From Eledone cirrhosa (taxonomy: Eukaryota), in contig OZ024748.1 of the NCBI GenBank assembly GCA_964016885.1, forward strand, positions 2,790,001-2,854,000: a DNA stretch of 64,000 bases, read 5' to 3'. A program made the position numbers and the translations under genes. How positions within the stretch are numbered: position 1 is the first letter of the stretch; each line of letters starts with the position of its first letter. Below the pieces are notes generated by a model, which searched no databases, was not told the origin of the DNA, and saw nothing but the letters and a program-made list of their open reading frames with translations. This document shows, piece by piece, positions 15,703 to 30,037 of this stretch.

Positions 15703-17400
15703 CACTACCACCACCATCATCACTACCACCATCATCATCACCACCACCATTATCACCATCACTACCACCACCACCATCATCATCACTACCACCACCATCA
15801 TCACTACCACCATCATCATCATCACTACCACCACCATCATCACCACCACCATTATCATCATCACTACCACCACCATCATCACTACCACCATCATCATCAT
15901 CACTACCACCATCATCATCACCACCACCATTATCATCATCACTACCACCATCATCATCACTACCACCACCACCATCACTACCACCACCATCATCACCACC
16001 ACCATTATCACCATCACTACCACCACCACCATCATCATCACTACCACCACCACCATCACCACCACCACCATCATCATCACTACCACCACCACCATCACTA
16101 CCACCACCATCATCACTACCACCACCACCATCACTACCACCACCATCATCACCACCACCATTATCACCATCACTACCACCACCACCATCATCATCACTAC
16201 CACCACCACCATCACTACCACCACCACCATCACCACCACCATCATCATCACTACCACCACCACCATCACTACCACCACCACCATCACTACCACCACCACC
16301 ATCACTACCACCATCATCATCACCACCACCACCACCATCACCACCACCACCATCATCATCACTACCACCACCACCATCACTACCACCACCATCATCACTA
16401 CCACCACCATCATCACTACCACCATTATCATCACCACCACCACCATCATCATCACTACCACCACCATCATCATCACTACCACCACCACCATCACTTCCAC
16501 CATTATCACCATCACTACCACCACCACCACCATTACTCCCACCACCACCATCATCCTATACAATCGTCTTCCTCATCTTCATCTTACCAGTCAACTCCAT
16601 TTCCTTCTCTCTCCCCCCCCCCTCTCTGTCTCTCCACTCGTCTCCCGCTCCTATCTTCCTCTATCCCCCCCCTGGTTCTCCCCTTCGCCCACCCCACCAC
16701 CTCTCTCTCTCTCTCTGTTCATTAACTCCCCCCCCCTCCCCCCTCTCTCATCCCAGTAGTTAATGTCATCATAATCATCACTGTTATCATTTTAATCTAA
16801 TATCATTAAAAACTATCTTTTGGATAATAGTTAAAAAATAAACATGGGGGGGGGATACATCATCATCAGCTTCGTCATCAGCTTCGTCATCGTCAACATT
16901 ATTATTATTATCACCACCATCACCACCACCACCACCACCACCACCACCACCACCACCACCACCATCACCATCATCACCACCACTATCACCACCACCACCA
17001 CCACCATCACCATCATCACCACCACTACCACCACCACCACCACCACCACCACCACTATCACCACCACCACCACCACCACCACCACCACCACCACCACCAC
17101 CATCACCATCATCACCACCACTATCACCACCACCACCACCACCATCACCATCATCACCACCACTACCACCACCACCACCACCACCACCACCACCACCACT
17201 ATCACCACCACCACCACCACCACCACCATCACCACCACCACCACCATCACCATCATCACCACCACTATCACCACTACCACCACCACCACCACCACCACCA
17301 CCACCACCACTATCACCACCACCACCACCACCACCACCACCACCACCACCACCACTATAATCACCACCATCACCACCACCACCACCATACATACCATCAC
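15703..17400. repeat. Long (CAC/CAT/TAC)n trinucleotide tracts (15703-16555, 16910-17400) with a C-rich spacer
   Basis: Direct inspection; explains the poly-T/I, poly-V/M and poly-G ORFs. Confidence 0.95.
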
Positions 17401-17767
17401 TTCCATCATCATTACCGTCTTGATTACCATCACCAGTAAAAGCAGCAGTAAAAGAAGTATTTTCAGACACTAGACCACACATTGTGTAGGAAGTTCCTTC
17501 TTTTCGTGTCTTTAACTCCCTTCCTCCGCCTCCCCTCCTCCACCTCCCCTCCTCCGCTTCCCCTCCCTTCCTCCAGGCTACCTTCTCTTCTTTACTTCCT
17601 CTTTCCTCCCTTCCTTCCTTATTTGAGCCCATTACTCCTGGAGGATTTGGTTGCAGTGTGGCGCCATTGTGGATGAATTTTAAACCTTAAAGTTGGCATT
17701 ACTCTTTTCAGTCTAATTCCCCCAAATATATATATATATATATATATATATTATCCGAGGGAGAAGA

Positions 17768-17849
17768 GCCTTCTGAAGATTGCTCCCTTCTCAATGAAAA
17801 TCCGCTTGGATTTTCCGTTTATTCTGGAGCATGAAACCGCGGTAAAGGC
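17768..17849 (+). ncRNA. Type I hammerhead ribozyme motif, complete core
   Basis: Stem I GCCTT/AAGGC; CTGAAGA; stem II TGCTCC/GGAGCA with inner hairpin GAAAATCC-GCTT-GGATTTTC; GAA; palindromic stem III ACCGCGGT; GUA cleavage triplet ending at 17844. Confidence 0.8.
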
Positions 17850-17918
17850 ACATATAGTAAGTACAGCGAATTTTTTTTTAATTTATTTTAAAACTTTTTC
17901 TCTATTTGCTAGACCTTG

Positions 17919-18044
<126 letters not shown>

Positions 18045-18699
18045 GAGAGAGAGGATGATGAAAAAGGTGAGGGAAGAGAAGAGGCTTCTAATAGGCTGGA
18101 ATACTTTTTTTTCAAGGAAGGATATAGTTTGAGAGGAAGTTTGACTTCTGTTTCTAGCATGGCAAACAATCCTATAGGTGCTCCCTAATTAGCTCAAACC
18201 TTCAACGTTTACAAACGGAGAATAACATATAAGGTTCCATTAGATCATATGACCCCACTACAGGAATTGATGTGAGAGATATTTAGCTGATATGTTTAGC
18301 TAATAAAGCGACCACATGCAGGTTCTTCTCGCTTCGCTGCTAGAGAAAGACATTGTGTGTGAGAGGTGTCGACCATCTCCACTGCTAGAGAAAGACATTG
18401 TGTGTGAGAGGTGTCGACCATCTCCACCAAACATTGCTATTTCTCTTTTTTTATGAAAAAAAAATATTAACCCAGTCTGGAAATGGCCGTCACTTTAGCA
18501 TTCAGAGGCCCTCAAAGACCGGTTAAATTGATGCAGGGAAAGACATGTGCAAGGGAGCGAGGAATTCTCGTGGGCCGACGTTTTTTGGAAGGAAAGACTG
18601 GGCGTAGTAGTTAAGATGGGCATTTGGGTAGAGTGCGCGTTTGAGAGGAGAGATGAGTGAGTCGAGAGTTCTCGAGTGGGGGTGATATGAGAGTAGCCA

Positions 18700-19010
18700 T
18701 ATCGAAGGAGTGGAGGTGATACGAGACTAGCCAGGAGTGGAGATGATGCGAGACTAGCCATGAGTGGAGATGATGCGAGACTAGCCATGAGTGGAGATGA
18801 TGCGAGACTAGCCATGAGTGGAGGTGATACGAGACTAGCCATGTCGAAGGAGTGGCGGTGATACCAGACTAGCCATGAGTGCAGATGATACGGGACTAGC
18901 CAGGAGTGGAGGTGATACTAGACTAGCCAGGAGTGGAGGTAATACCAGACTAGCCATGCTGAAGGAGTGGAGGTGATACGGGACTAGCCATTTTGAAGGA
19001 GCAGAGGTTA
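18700..19010. repeat. 27-bp minisatellite GAGTGGAG(A/G)TGAT(G/A)CGAGACTAGCCA(T/G), about 10 copies
   Basis: Direct inspection. Confidence 0.9.
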
Positions 19011-19385
19011 TTATACTAAGACTAATGACGAGAGGTGGAAAGAAACGAATCTAGAATGTCTGAGTGAAGCTGGTACGAAAGTAATCAGTCAGCCAAGCAG
19101 ACAACTCGGAGGAGCAGAGGTCACTATAGTACTCTATAGTCAAAATAAATCATATCTTCTTAACCTAAAATATAATCAATTCATATTACAAAATATGCCA
19201 AAAACTCGCCAGAATTTTCTCGAAGCTATTTTTCTTTTGATTCTTCCCCCCCCCCCCCCCCCTCCACTCTGCAGAAAGTTGTTGTATTTGGTTAAATTAC
19301 AGCAAAAACAAAGAATAAAAATATAAACAAACATGACATGAATGAATAGTTTTCTTATCTTTGTATTACTGTTTATTTACATATA

Positions 19386-19418
<33 letters not shown>

Positions 19419-19429
19419 TGTTTGTGTCT

Positions 19430-20365
19430 GTCTGTAAGAGAGTGTGAGAGAGTGTGTCTGTCTATAAGAGAGTGTGTGTGTGTATGAGAGAGTGTGTTTC
19501 TATAAGATAGAGTATGTGTGTGTGTGTGTGAGAGAGTGTGTGTTTCTATAAGAGAGAGAGCGTTGTGTGTGTGTGTGTGTATGTATGAGAGAGAGTGTTT
19601 CTATAAGAGAGAGAGCGTTGTGTGTGTGTGTATGTATGAGAGAGAGTGTGTGTGTGTGTATGTATGAGAGAGAGTGTGTTTCTATCAGAGAGAGAGCGTT
19701 GTGTGTGTGTGTATGTATGAGAGAGAGTGTGTTTCTATAAGAGAGAGAGCGTTGTGTGTGTGTGTGTGTATGTATGAGAGAGAGTGTGTGTTTCTATCAG
19801 AGAGAGAGCGTGTGTGTGTATGTATGAGAGAGAGTGTGTTTCTATCAGAGAGAGAGAGCGTCTGTGTGTGTATGTATGAGAGAGAGTGTGTTTCTATCAG
19901 AGAGAGAGCGTGTGTGTGTGTATGTATGAGAGAGAGTGTGTTTCTATCAGAGAGAGAGAGCGTCTGTGTGTGTATGTATGAGAGAGAGTGTGTTTCTATC
20001 AGAGAGAGAGCGTGTGTGTGTGTATGTATGAGAGAGAGTGTGTTTCTATCAGAGAGAGAGAGCGTCTGTGTGTGTATGTATGAGAGAGAGTGTGTTTCTA
20101 TCAGAGAGAGAGCGTGTGTGTGTGTATGTATGAGAGAGAGTGTGTTTCTATCAGAGAGAGAGCGTGTGTGTGTGTGTGTATGAGAGAGAGAGTGTGTTTC
20201 TATCAGAGAGAGAGCGTGTGTGTGTGTGTATGTATGAGAGAGAGTGTGTTTCTATTAGAGAGAGAGCGTGTGTGTGTGTATGTATGAGAGAGAGTGTGTT
20301 TCTATCAGAGAGAGAGCGTGTGTGTGTGTATGTATGAGAGAGAGTGTGTTTCTATTAGAGAGAGT
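19430..20365. repeat. About 50-bp compound minisatellite TTTCTATC(AG)nCG(TG)nTATGTATG(AG)nTGTG
   Basis: Direct inspection. Confidence 0.9.
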
Positions 20366-20447
20366 ATGTGTGTTTCATTGAAATTTTTTTTGAGTTTCTG
20401 TAATCTTATTTCGTGTCTACTCTGAAAACAAAAACACACCAGCAAAA

Positions 20448-20846
20448 CAATTGTTTCTACTTGAGGCACAAGGCGAGCAATTATCCCAGTGTATTACTGG
20501 TACTTTATTTTATCGACCCCGTAAAGATGAACAGCAAAGTTAACCTCGGCGGGATTTGAACACAGATCATAAAGGGCCGTAACTCTATGCTGTGTAGCAT
20601 TGTGTCTGACACTCTACCGATACTGCCAATCTACCGCCCTGTAGTAATAATGATAATGGTTTCTAGTATAGGCACAAGACCAGCAATTACACCAGTACAT
20701 TGCTGGTATTTTGCCTTTAATCCTTACGGAGTTGATAAAATAAAGTTAACCTCGGTGGGATTTGAACTCAGACCGTAAAAGGCCACAACTCTATGCCTCT
20801 AAGCATAGCGTCCGACTCTCTACCGATTCTACCAATCCACCGCCCT
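20448..20846 (-). mobile_element. Two tandem SINE S1 copies (20448-20640, 20655-20846)
   Basis: Both show GGCACAAG...CCAGCAATT, AACCTCGG(C/T)GGGATTTGAAC and the head CTCTACCGAT.CT.CCAATC.ACCGCCCT. Confidence 0.85.
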
Positions 20847-20878
<32 letters not shown>

Positions 20879-20881
<3 letters not shown>

Positions 20882-21808
20882 GATCATCACCCTCAGCCTA
20901 ACAATCATCGCCCTCAGCCTAACAATCGTCACCCTCAGCCTAACAATCATCACCCTCAGCCTAACGATCATCACCCTCAGCCTAACAATCATCACCCTCA
21001 GCCTAACGATCAGCACCATCAGCCTAACAATCATCACCCTCAGCCTAACAATCATCACCATCAGCCTAACAATCATCACCATCAGCCTAACAATCATCAC
21101 CATCAGCCTAACAATCATCACCATCAGCCTAACAATCATCACCATCAGCCTAACGATCATCACCATCAGCCTAATGATCATCACCATCAGCCTAACAATC
21201 ATCACCCTCAGCCTAACAATCATCACCCTCAGCCTAACGATCATTACCCTCAGCCTAACAATCATCACCATCAGCCTAACAATCATCACCCTCAGCCTAA
21301 CAATCATCACCATCAGCCTAACAATCATCACCATCAGCCTAACAATCATCACCCTCAGCCTAACAATCATCACCATCAGCCTAACGATCATCACCATCAG
21401 CCTAATGATCATCACCATCAGCCTAACAATCATCACCCTCAGCCTAACAATCATCACCCTCAGCCTAACGATCATCACCATCAGCCTAACAATCATCACC
21501 CTCAGCCTAACAATCATCACCATCAGCCTAACAATCATCACCATCAGCCTAACAATCATCACCATCAGCCTAACAATCATCACCCTCAGCCTAACGATCA
21601 TCACCCTCAGCCTAACAATCATCACCATCAGCCTAACGATCATCACCCTCAGCCTAACAATCATCACCATCAGCCTAACGATCATCACCCTCAGCCTAAC
21701 AATCATCACCCTCAGCCTAACGATCATCACCCTCAGCCTAACAATCATCACCCTCAGCCTAACGATCATCACCCTCAGCCTAACAATCATCACCATCAGC
21801 CTAACAAT
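20879..21808. repeat. 21-bp minisatellite AAC(A/G)ATCATCACC(C/A)TCAGCCT, about 44 copies
   Basis: Direct inspection; follows an (AAT)n tract. Confidence 0.95.
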
Positions 21809-21994
21809 CCTTCCTTTCTACCAATAACAATCAACTTTGAACTTCTCAGTTATAGTTCAAGGTTCTGTCTTATTGATTCTCTCTTTTAATGCAATAATTA
21901 ACTTTGCTAATAATTGACATAGTCTACTTCATTGATTGATTTATTCATATGTTTATTTATTGATACGTTTGTTTATTTTTACTTTATTTTGTGT

Positions 21995-23160
21995 GAGTGT
22001 GAGTGTAAGTCCGTCTATGCCTGTGTGTGTACGTGAGTGTGTGTGTAAGTCCGTCTATGCCTCTATGTGTACGTGAGTGTGTGTGTAAGTCCGTCTATGC
22101 CTCTATGTGTACGTGAGTGTGTGTGTAAGTCCGTCTATGCCTCTATGTGTACGTGAGTGTGTGTGTAAGTCCGTCTATGCCTCTATGTGTACGTGAGTGT
22201 GTGTGTAAGTCCGTCTATGCCTCTATGTGTACGTGAGTGTGTGTGTAAGTCCGTCTATGCCTCTATGTGTACGTGAGTGTGTGTGTAAGTCCGTCTATGC
22301 CTGTGTGTGTACGTGAGTGTGTGTGTAAGTCCGTCTATGCCTCTATGTGTACGTGAGTGTGTGTGTAAGTCCGTCTATGCCTCTATGTGTACGTGAGTGT
22401 GTGTGTAAGTCCGTCTATGCCTCTATGTGTACGTGAGTGTGTGTGTAAGTCCGTCTATGCCTGTGTGTGTACGTGAGTGTGTGTGTAAGTCCATCTATGC
22501 CTCTATGTGTACGTGAGTGTGTGTGTAAGTCCGTCTGTGCCTCTGTGTGTACGTGAGTGTGTGTGTAAGTCCGTCTATGCCTGTGTGTGTACGTGAGTGT
22601 GTGTGTAAATCCATCTATGCCTGTGTGTGTACGTGAGTGTGTGTGTAAGTCCGTCTATGCCTGTGTGTGTACGTGAGTGTGTGTGTAAATCCATCTATGC
22701 CTCTGTGTGTACGTGAGTGTGTGTGTAAGTCCGTCTATGCCCGTGTGTGTACGTGAGTGTGTGTGTAAGTCCGTCTATGCCTCTGTGTGTACGTGAGTGT
22801 GTGTGTAAGTCCGTTTCTGCCTGTGTGTGTACGTGAGTGTGTGTGTAAGTCCGTCTATGCCTGTGTGTGTACGTGAGTGTGTGTGTAAATCCATCTATGC
22901 CTGTGTGTGTACGTGAGTGTGTGTGTAAGTCCGTCTATGCCTGTGTGTGTACGTGAGTGTGTGTGTAAGTCCGTCTATGCCTGTGTGTACGTGAGTGTGT
23001 GTGTAAGTCCGTCTATGCCTGTGTGTGTACGTGAGTGTGTGTGTAAGTCCGTCTATGCCTCTGTGTGTACGTGAGTGTGTGTGTAAGTCCGTTTCTGCCT
23101 GTGTGTGTACGTGAGTGTGTGTGTAAGTCCGTTTCTGCCTGTGTGTACGTGAGTGTGTGT
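21995..23160. repeat. 40-bp minisatellite GTAAGTCCGTCTATGCCT(C/G)T(A/G)TGTGTACGTGAGTGTGTGT, about 29 copies
   Basis: Direct inspection. Confidence 0.95.
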
Positions 23161-23369
23161 CTCTACGTAATAGATTTTTTTTTTTTTCATATTATTTGAA
23201 TCTATTTCTGTGTGTGTGTGTGTGTGTGTTTACGTAATACATATACATATATATATATACATATATATATATATATTCATCTTTTTTTTAAATTAAGTAA
23301 ATCCTTTCTCGAATTATTTTGCATTGTACGTATGCCTGTCTGTCTGTATTTCTCTTTCTCTTTCTCCCC

Positions 23370-23425
<56 letters not shown>

Positions 23426-23541
23426 GGGGAGAGAGAGAGAGAGAGAGGGGGAGAGAGAGAGAGGGGAGAGAGAGAGAGGGAGAGAGAGAGTGCAATTCAT
23501 TAGGTTATGCAACTAATCTAATTCAAGGAATAATCTTTAAT

Positions 23542-23574
<33 letters not shown>

Positions 23575-23594
23575 GTGTGTGTGTGTATATGAAT

Positions 23595-24132
23595 GTCAGG
23601 TCGCTCTTCAGCGCTACTGGTAACATGTAACCCAGTATAAGCTGTACATGGTCGAGTCATCGGTGAGTAAACCGGCAACCCCACCAAGTTTGCTTGAAGA
23701 GAAAGGTGAATTTGGACACCCTGCGGGATTAAAAACAAAGCCCGTCAATGGGCGAAGGAACTCAGAAGAGTCAACGGCCATCCAATAAAGAATTGTTTTG
23801 TGGAGCGAGAGACTCCTAGTCTTCATTAAGACATCTCTCTAGTAGAAAGTCACTCTGATATAAACCCAGCGACTCCGTTTGTATCCAATGATGGAGACCA
23901 GTTCTTCTTTTGGTGGTAAATGCATTCAATGAGTGGGATTGGCTCTGTTCAAAGCTTTTCCTCACTTAAAAAAGCTTCAAACACAGACATCGCTTGTTAT
24001 GTGACATTGTTGCTATGCATGGTATTGCTGGCCATAGGCAAGTCCCTAGCAGGACCAGGAAGCCACGTCCGTGATGCTGATGCTTAAGTATGATGCGATG
24101 GCATTACTCGAAATCGAGTTGCAGCTATCATC
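23595..24132. mobile_element. Non-autonomous retroelement copy 1 (RTE-UTR-like), flanked by (TATG)n
   Basis: Colinear with 25176-25786; shared ends GTCAGGT...GCTACTGGTAACATGTA and ACTCGAAA(T/A)CGAGTTG(G)CAGC. Confidence 0.65.
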
Positions 24133-24530
24133 ATGTGTGTGTGTAGGTATGTATATATGCATGTATGTATGTAAGTATGTATGTGTATATGCATGCATGT
24201 ATGTGTGTATAAATGCATGTATGTATATATGCATATATGTATGTGTATATATGTATGTATGCATGTATGTATATATGTATATATGGAACTGTAAATGAAA
24301 CACGAAACCCTGTGGTTACCCAGACGACCAGGACTGCACCTATCATTGTTTAAGATGAATTACAATTTCTATAGTTGTTATTATAATGTAAATAATATTA
24401 TTGTATCTACCAATATTGCACAGTTTAATGTGTGTTGTTCTGTTCTATCATCTTTATTACATGTGAATAGGAATGTTTATCTTGTAAATCAGATGAGAAA
24501 AAAACAATCACACAGACACACACACACACA

Positions 24531-24563
<33 letters not shown>

Positions 24564-24766
24564 GCACACACCCACACAAGCACACACACACAAGCACACA
24601 CACACAAGCACACACATTAAATTTGTCAACTCTGTGTGTGTATGTGTATATATATATATATATAAATTTATCTCGGGTTCAATCCGGGATAACCACAGTA
24701 GGTACTCAATACATAGCAGAGTGTGATTTCTCCAGAATGAAACAGTTCTAGTCCTGTAGAAGCCAC

Positions 24767-24886
<120 letters not shown>

Positions 24887-25080
24887 GTATTAAGTTAGAT
24901 ATGGCTTTGACCAATACTGGCCGAAATATATCAAAGTTATCAAGGTTACATATTTATACACACACACACATATTTATATATAGAGAGATATGGGGGTCGC
25001 GGAATATAGACTAAATGGTTACATATATTATATGTGTGTGTGTATATATATATAAGTATATATATATGTATATATGTATG

Positions 25081-25112
<32 letters not shown>

Positions 25113-25175
25113 TGTATGTATGTATGTATGTATGTATGTATGTATGTATGTATGTATGTATGTATGTATGTATGT

Positions 25176-25786
25176 GTCAGGTCACCAGTTGGTGCTACTG
25201 GTAACATGTATCCCAGTACAACCTGTCTCATGGTCGGGTCGTTGGCGACTAAACTGGCAACCCCACCAAGGTTTCTTGGTGAGGAGGGTGACTTTGGACA
25301 TCCTGCAGGACTAAAAACAAAACCTGTCAAAAAAGGCAAAGGGGCTCTTAAGAGTCAATAGCCATCCAAAATCACTGGGAGAGATGACCCCTTAGCCTTT
25401 GTCAAGGCAGAATTCTAGGAGAAGGAAAACTCTGATATAACACCTGCAGCCCTGAAGGTATCCAATGATGTTGACTTGTCCTTCTTTTTGGTAAATATCA
25501 TCTTGGTGAAGAGAGTGGGACTGGCTTTGTGCAGTGCCTTTGCTCACTATAAAAGCTTCACAGCACAGGCATTGCTTTATATCTGGAGATCTCGCTGCAC
25601 TTGTCGTCACAGGGTACCATGGGCCCAGCACTATGTGTCAATAATTGTCACAAGTGTAGTGTTTGTACCAGAGTTTTCAAGTCGCTGGCTGGACTAAAAA
25701 GTCACACTCGTTCAGCGCATCGGTAGGGGTTCCCCTACATGGATATAAAGTAGTGGCCGTACTCGAAAACGAGTTGGCAGCCACCA
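25176..25786. mobile_element. Non-autonomous retroelement copy 2 (RTE-UTR-like), adjacent to (TATG)n
   Basis: Homologous to 23595-24132; contains GGAGAAGGAAAACTCTGA and CTGGCAACCCC, motifs reminiscent of RTE untranslated regions. Confidence 0.65.
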
Positions 25787-25844
25787 TATATATATGTATA
25801 TATAAAGAGAGAGGTATTTATATATAAGTGAATGTGTGTGTGTC

Positions 25845-25912
<68 letters not shown>

Positions 25913-26111
25913 TACACACTTGTATGTAGGTGTGTCTAATATATATTCTACATATATATAGTTATCTATTTATCTAATCCAAATATTGTCAAAATAACAC
26001 AAGTAGCATTAGTAATCAAATATTAATCAAATAAAAATGCTTTGTTATAATTAAATGGTTGCAACACTGAATAATTGCTGAAGGTTAATATTGTATTGTG
26101 TGGCTACATTG

Positions 26112-26158
<47 letters not shown>

Positions 26159-26442
26159 ATGTATATATAGTGTGTGGCGATGGCAGCGTCTGGCAATGTA
26201 TATATATATAATGTGTCTGTGTATACTTGTATTTATGTATATTATATTAATGTGTACGTATGTATATATATATATATTATAAATAGTTATATTATATATA
26301 TTATATATATATATTTTTTTTCTTCTATATATATATATATATATTTTATATATATATATTTATTTAATATATATTTGAACACACACACACACATATATAT
26401 ATATATTATATATATATATTCATTTATTCAATATATATTTGA

Positions 26443-26544
<102 letters not shown>

Positions 26545-26614
26545 TTCGTCCATGAGCATGATTTCAGCCGCATGGCTGGTACAGATGAAAGAGTATATAT
26601 ATATATATATATAT

Positions 26615-26826
26615 ATAGGAACGAGTAGGACCCCGACGGCTGAGCTCAAGCCGTTTCGACGGCTAATTCTGGACTAAAAATCATTTTTAGTCCAGAATTA
26701 GCCGTCGAAACGGCTTGAGCTCAGCCGTCGGGGTCCTACTCGTTCCTATTACCCACTCTACTACCCTAAGTATTGAGTACTTTGGTGCGTTATGGTCCAC
26801 CTGGTTCCTTACCACATTTCCTTCGC

Positions 26827-26827
<1 letters not shown>
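26615..26827 (+). mobile_element. Fold-back PLE-like element: perfect 67-bp inverted arms plus unique tail
   Basis: 26615-26681 is the exact reverse complement of 26683-26749; contains hammerhead 3' half GAA-ACGGCT-TGAGCTC-AGCCGT-C; (TA)n on both sides. Confidence 0.8.
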
Positions 26828-26869
<42 letters not shown>

Positions 26870-27159
26870 ATATATAATGATATAAGGTGGTGCCCTAGCA
26901 TGCCGTTGTTTAAATAACTCACACAAGTAATTGTAAAATAATATTTTATATATATATAACTTGTGCCCAGTTCTGTCACCTATTGTTAACTGAATTTGAC
27001 ACAAATCAAATATTCGACAGAGATCAATAATTTCAATACCAGCCTAAAGTAAATACGTGGGTCGATAAATACCAGCCTAAAGTAAATACGTGGGTCGATA
27101 TCACTGCCTAAAATACATGTATGGGTGCTGTCTCAGTCTGGTATAGTGAAATATTAATG

Positions 27160-27221
<62 letters not shown>

Positions 27222-27433
27222 CACGGTGTTCCCAACAAATGTATACAAATCTTTAAAAATGCGTTAATATAAATTCTGTTTTTTATATGCCTTATATAAA
27301 TTATGTTAACCTTTTGGGGTGTTTACATATATTTGAATTATGTCTGTAGATGATTTTGGGGAAAGGATGTGAATTCTACTAAATATTACCTGTACAGGTA
27401 GATAAAGTGTGTATATATTTTTGGGGACACCTT
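27222..27433. mobile_element. Tc1/mariner MITE, longer variant
   Basis: CACGGTGTTCCCAACAAATGTATAC ... GTATATATTTTTGGGGACACC. Confidence 0.7.
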
Positions 27434-27447
27434 CAATATCATGAACT

Positions 27448-27554
<107 letters not shown>

Positions 27555-28497
27555 ATGTGTATATATATATATACATACATATATACGTTCATGAACTCAT
27601 ATATATATATATATATATATATAAACATACATACATGAACTCACACACACACACATATGTCTTACGGTGTTTGTTTCACTTTTTCCCTCCCGCGCCCACT
27701 TCCATTCCCACAGTGATTAACTTTTCTTTTCATCTTTCGGAGATCGATAAAAAATCAATGTACCAGTGCCAATCAATAAGAGAGGTCAACTTAATCAACT
27801 AACAATAATCCCAGATTTCAAATCCCTAAGGATGAATTGGCCCCATTTCTCTCCCTAGCACCTAATGCCCTTTAATATGCAGTAATGAGCGATGATGTAA
27901 CTGGATGGTGCGAGGTCTAATGGTTAGCGTGTTGGGCACACGGCCATAAAGACGTGGTTTCGCTCTCTTGACTGAGGAGTGCGAGGTCTAGTGGTTAAGG
28001 CGTTGAACACAGGTCATAAGACCGAGGTTTCAATTCCGCGAGAGGATTGTGTATGTCACAATTATCAACGTTTTGGGGTCGAGATCTTTAGGGTTTAACT
28101 TTCAAAACGGATAGTGTTGGTGTGAAGGGGCTTTTTATGATATACTGGGACACGGGAGACACATGAGAAACCACACACGCACACACGCACACACACATAC
28201 ACACACATACACTGTCGTTAGATTTATATACATGTAGACTTAACATGTAGTTTTTCCACACTTTATAATCTAGTATTATGCTATAAAATGTAACTATTTT
28301 TTCTGTTATTTTAAATGAATTAAGTCATTCTTTCACATAGGCTTCTCCCTTTATACACCACCTGAGGAGACATATAGTAGTCTAAACAGAACATTTCATA
28401 GTGAGAGATTTGCTACAAGACATGATATGATCACTCATATCACTTTATATCGTGTACCAGTACTTAGCTCTTTCCTGTATTTCATTCACAAATTATA

Positions 28498-28740
28498 CAG
28501 GGTGACCACAAAAACACTCCTTCATTTCAAATACTTAAGAGTCTGGACCCAGTTTGATTATCACATTGATGTTTGCCGAGCAACAAAAGGGGGCAGACAT
28601 CGAGTGTCTATGATATCAACCAATACCACATGAAACTGTGTTAGTTTATACAACTGGAGCCACCAAATATTGTAAGAATATTCATTTCAGTTTCCATGTT
28701 ATAAGTATTTGAAATGAAGGAGTGTTTTTGTGTCAGCCTG
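28498..28740 (+). mobile_element. Internally deleted mariner-like DNA transposon retaining the transposase C-terminus
   Basis: About 40-bp TIRs CAGGGTGACCACAAAAACACTCCTTCATTTCAAATACTTA / TAAGTATTTGAAATGAAGGAGTGTTTTTGTGTCAGCCTG, TA flanks; internal RVWTQFDYHIDVCRATKGG..(frameshift)HIECL* resembles mariner C-terminal C-x4-G-x-H-(I/F)-E. Confidence 0.8.
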
Positions 28741-29160
28741 TATTTCTATCCTGGTTTTCTGACTATTCCCTGATCACCTTTGTTGAAAAATACTTCTCTA
28801 ATAGTAATTACAGTGTAGACCGTGGAGTATGTATGAATCTTATTAGTGTGTATACACGCATATATATATACATTTACACACACATGTGCACACAAACACA
28901 CACACAGACATGCATATATATCTAAATAACAGATTAAGGTTTAAGCAAAGAATATTTATCCTTATCGAGCCCTCTTTGGATTTTAGTCTTCACGTTTATT
29001 ATTATTACTATATATATATATATGTGTGTATAAATAAATATAGCAGATATTTACATGCACGTATACACAGTTTAATAATATACATATATGTTTATATATA
29101 TATATATAATAAATGTATCGCATTATAATTATACACTTATAAATAAAATACATATATTTG

Positions 29161-29217
<57 letters not shown>

Positions 29218-29219
29218 CA

Positions 29220-29353
<134 letters not shown>

Positions 29354-29728
29354 CATACATATATATATACATACATATATATATATATGCATATGTGTAT
29401 GTATATGTATAATGTACACGTGATACACCTTTATTACGCATATGTTTTTGAGCTTACACACACACACACACACACACACATACATACACATAATATAATC
29501 ACTTACAGTAAATAGGATGTGAATTACTGCAATACCGACAGTGTGTAGAAATAAGATTTAATCATGTGTATTGGATCGAATTGTTCACTCAGCCGTACAC
29601 AGATTGTCTGGTCGGCTTTCTCTCAGACAGTATGTTGGAATGTTGCTATATATGTGTATGTATATATGTGTGGATATGTGTGCATATATGTATATATATG
29701 TATATATATTATTATATATATTTGGCTG

Positions 29729-29763
<35 letters not shown>

Positions 29764-29911
29764 TAAATGTATGTTAAGTCGATGATTCACTTATAAATAC
29801 AGAACGCCCCACCACACGTATACAAATATATATATAATACATATGCATATATATATATATTTATTTATTTATTTATTTATTTATATGCATACGTGCATGT
29901 ATACACGAGTG

Positions 29912-29960
<49 letters not shown>

Positions 29961-30037
29961 TGCAAGAGATGTCAACATGAATGGACCTGTTATTTTTATC
30001 TAAAGATTTAACTCAATTTAACTTATTCTTCATTCTT

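Noticed and set aside
15451-17632. Long poly-V/M, poly-T/I and glycine-rich ORFs
   Set aside because: Trinucleotide tracts are open in several frames on both strands; no credible start context or splice structure.
18338-18428. Short direct duplications (also 27036-27100, 47651-47698)
   Set aside because: Ordinary local tandem duplications with no further structure.
20762-21889. 375-aa His/Gln/Pro/Asn-rich ORF
   Set aside because: It starts inside an antisense SINE and is simply the 21-bp minisatellite, open in three frames.
21995-23160. Regular arrays as possible CRISPR (also 13985-14480, 41275-43162, 43204-43508)
   Set aside because: No unique spacers, no cas genes, eukaryotic context.
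23595-23682. HDV-like or twister assignment for the structured end
   Set aside because: The P1/P3/P1.1 order and twister consensus nucleotides could not be fitted; left unassigned.
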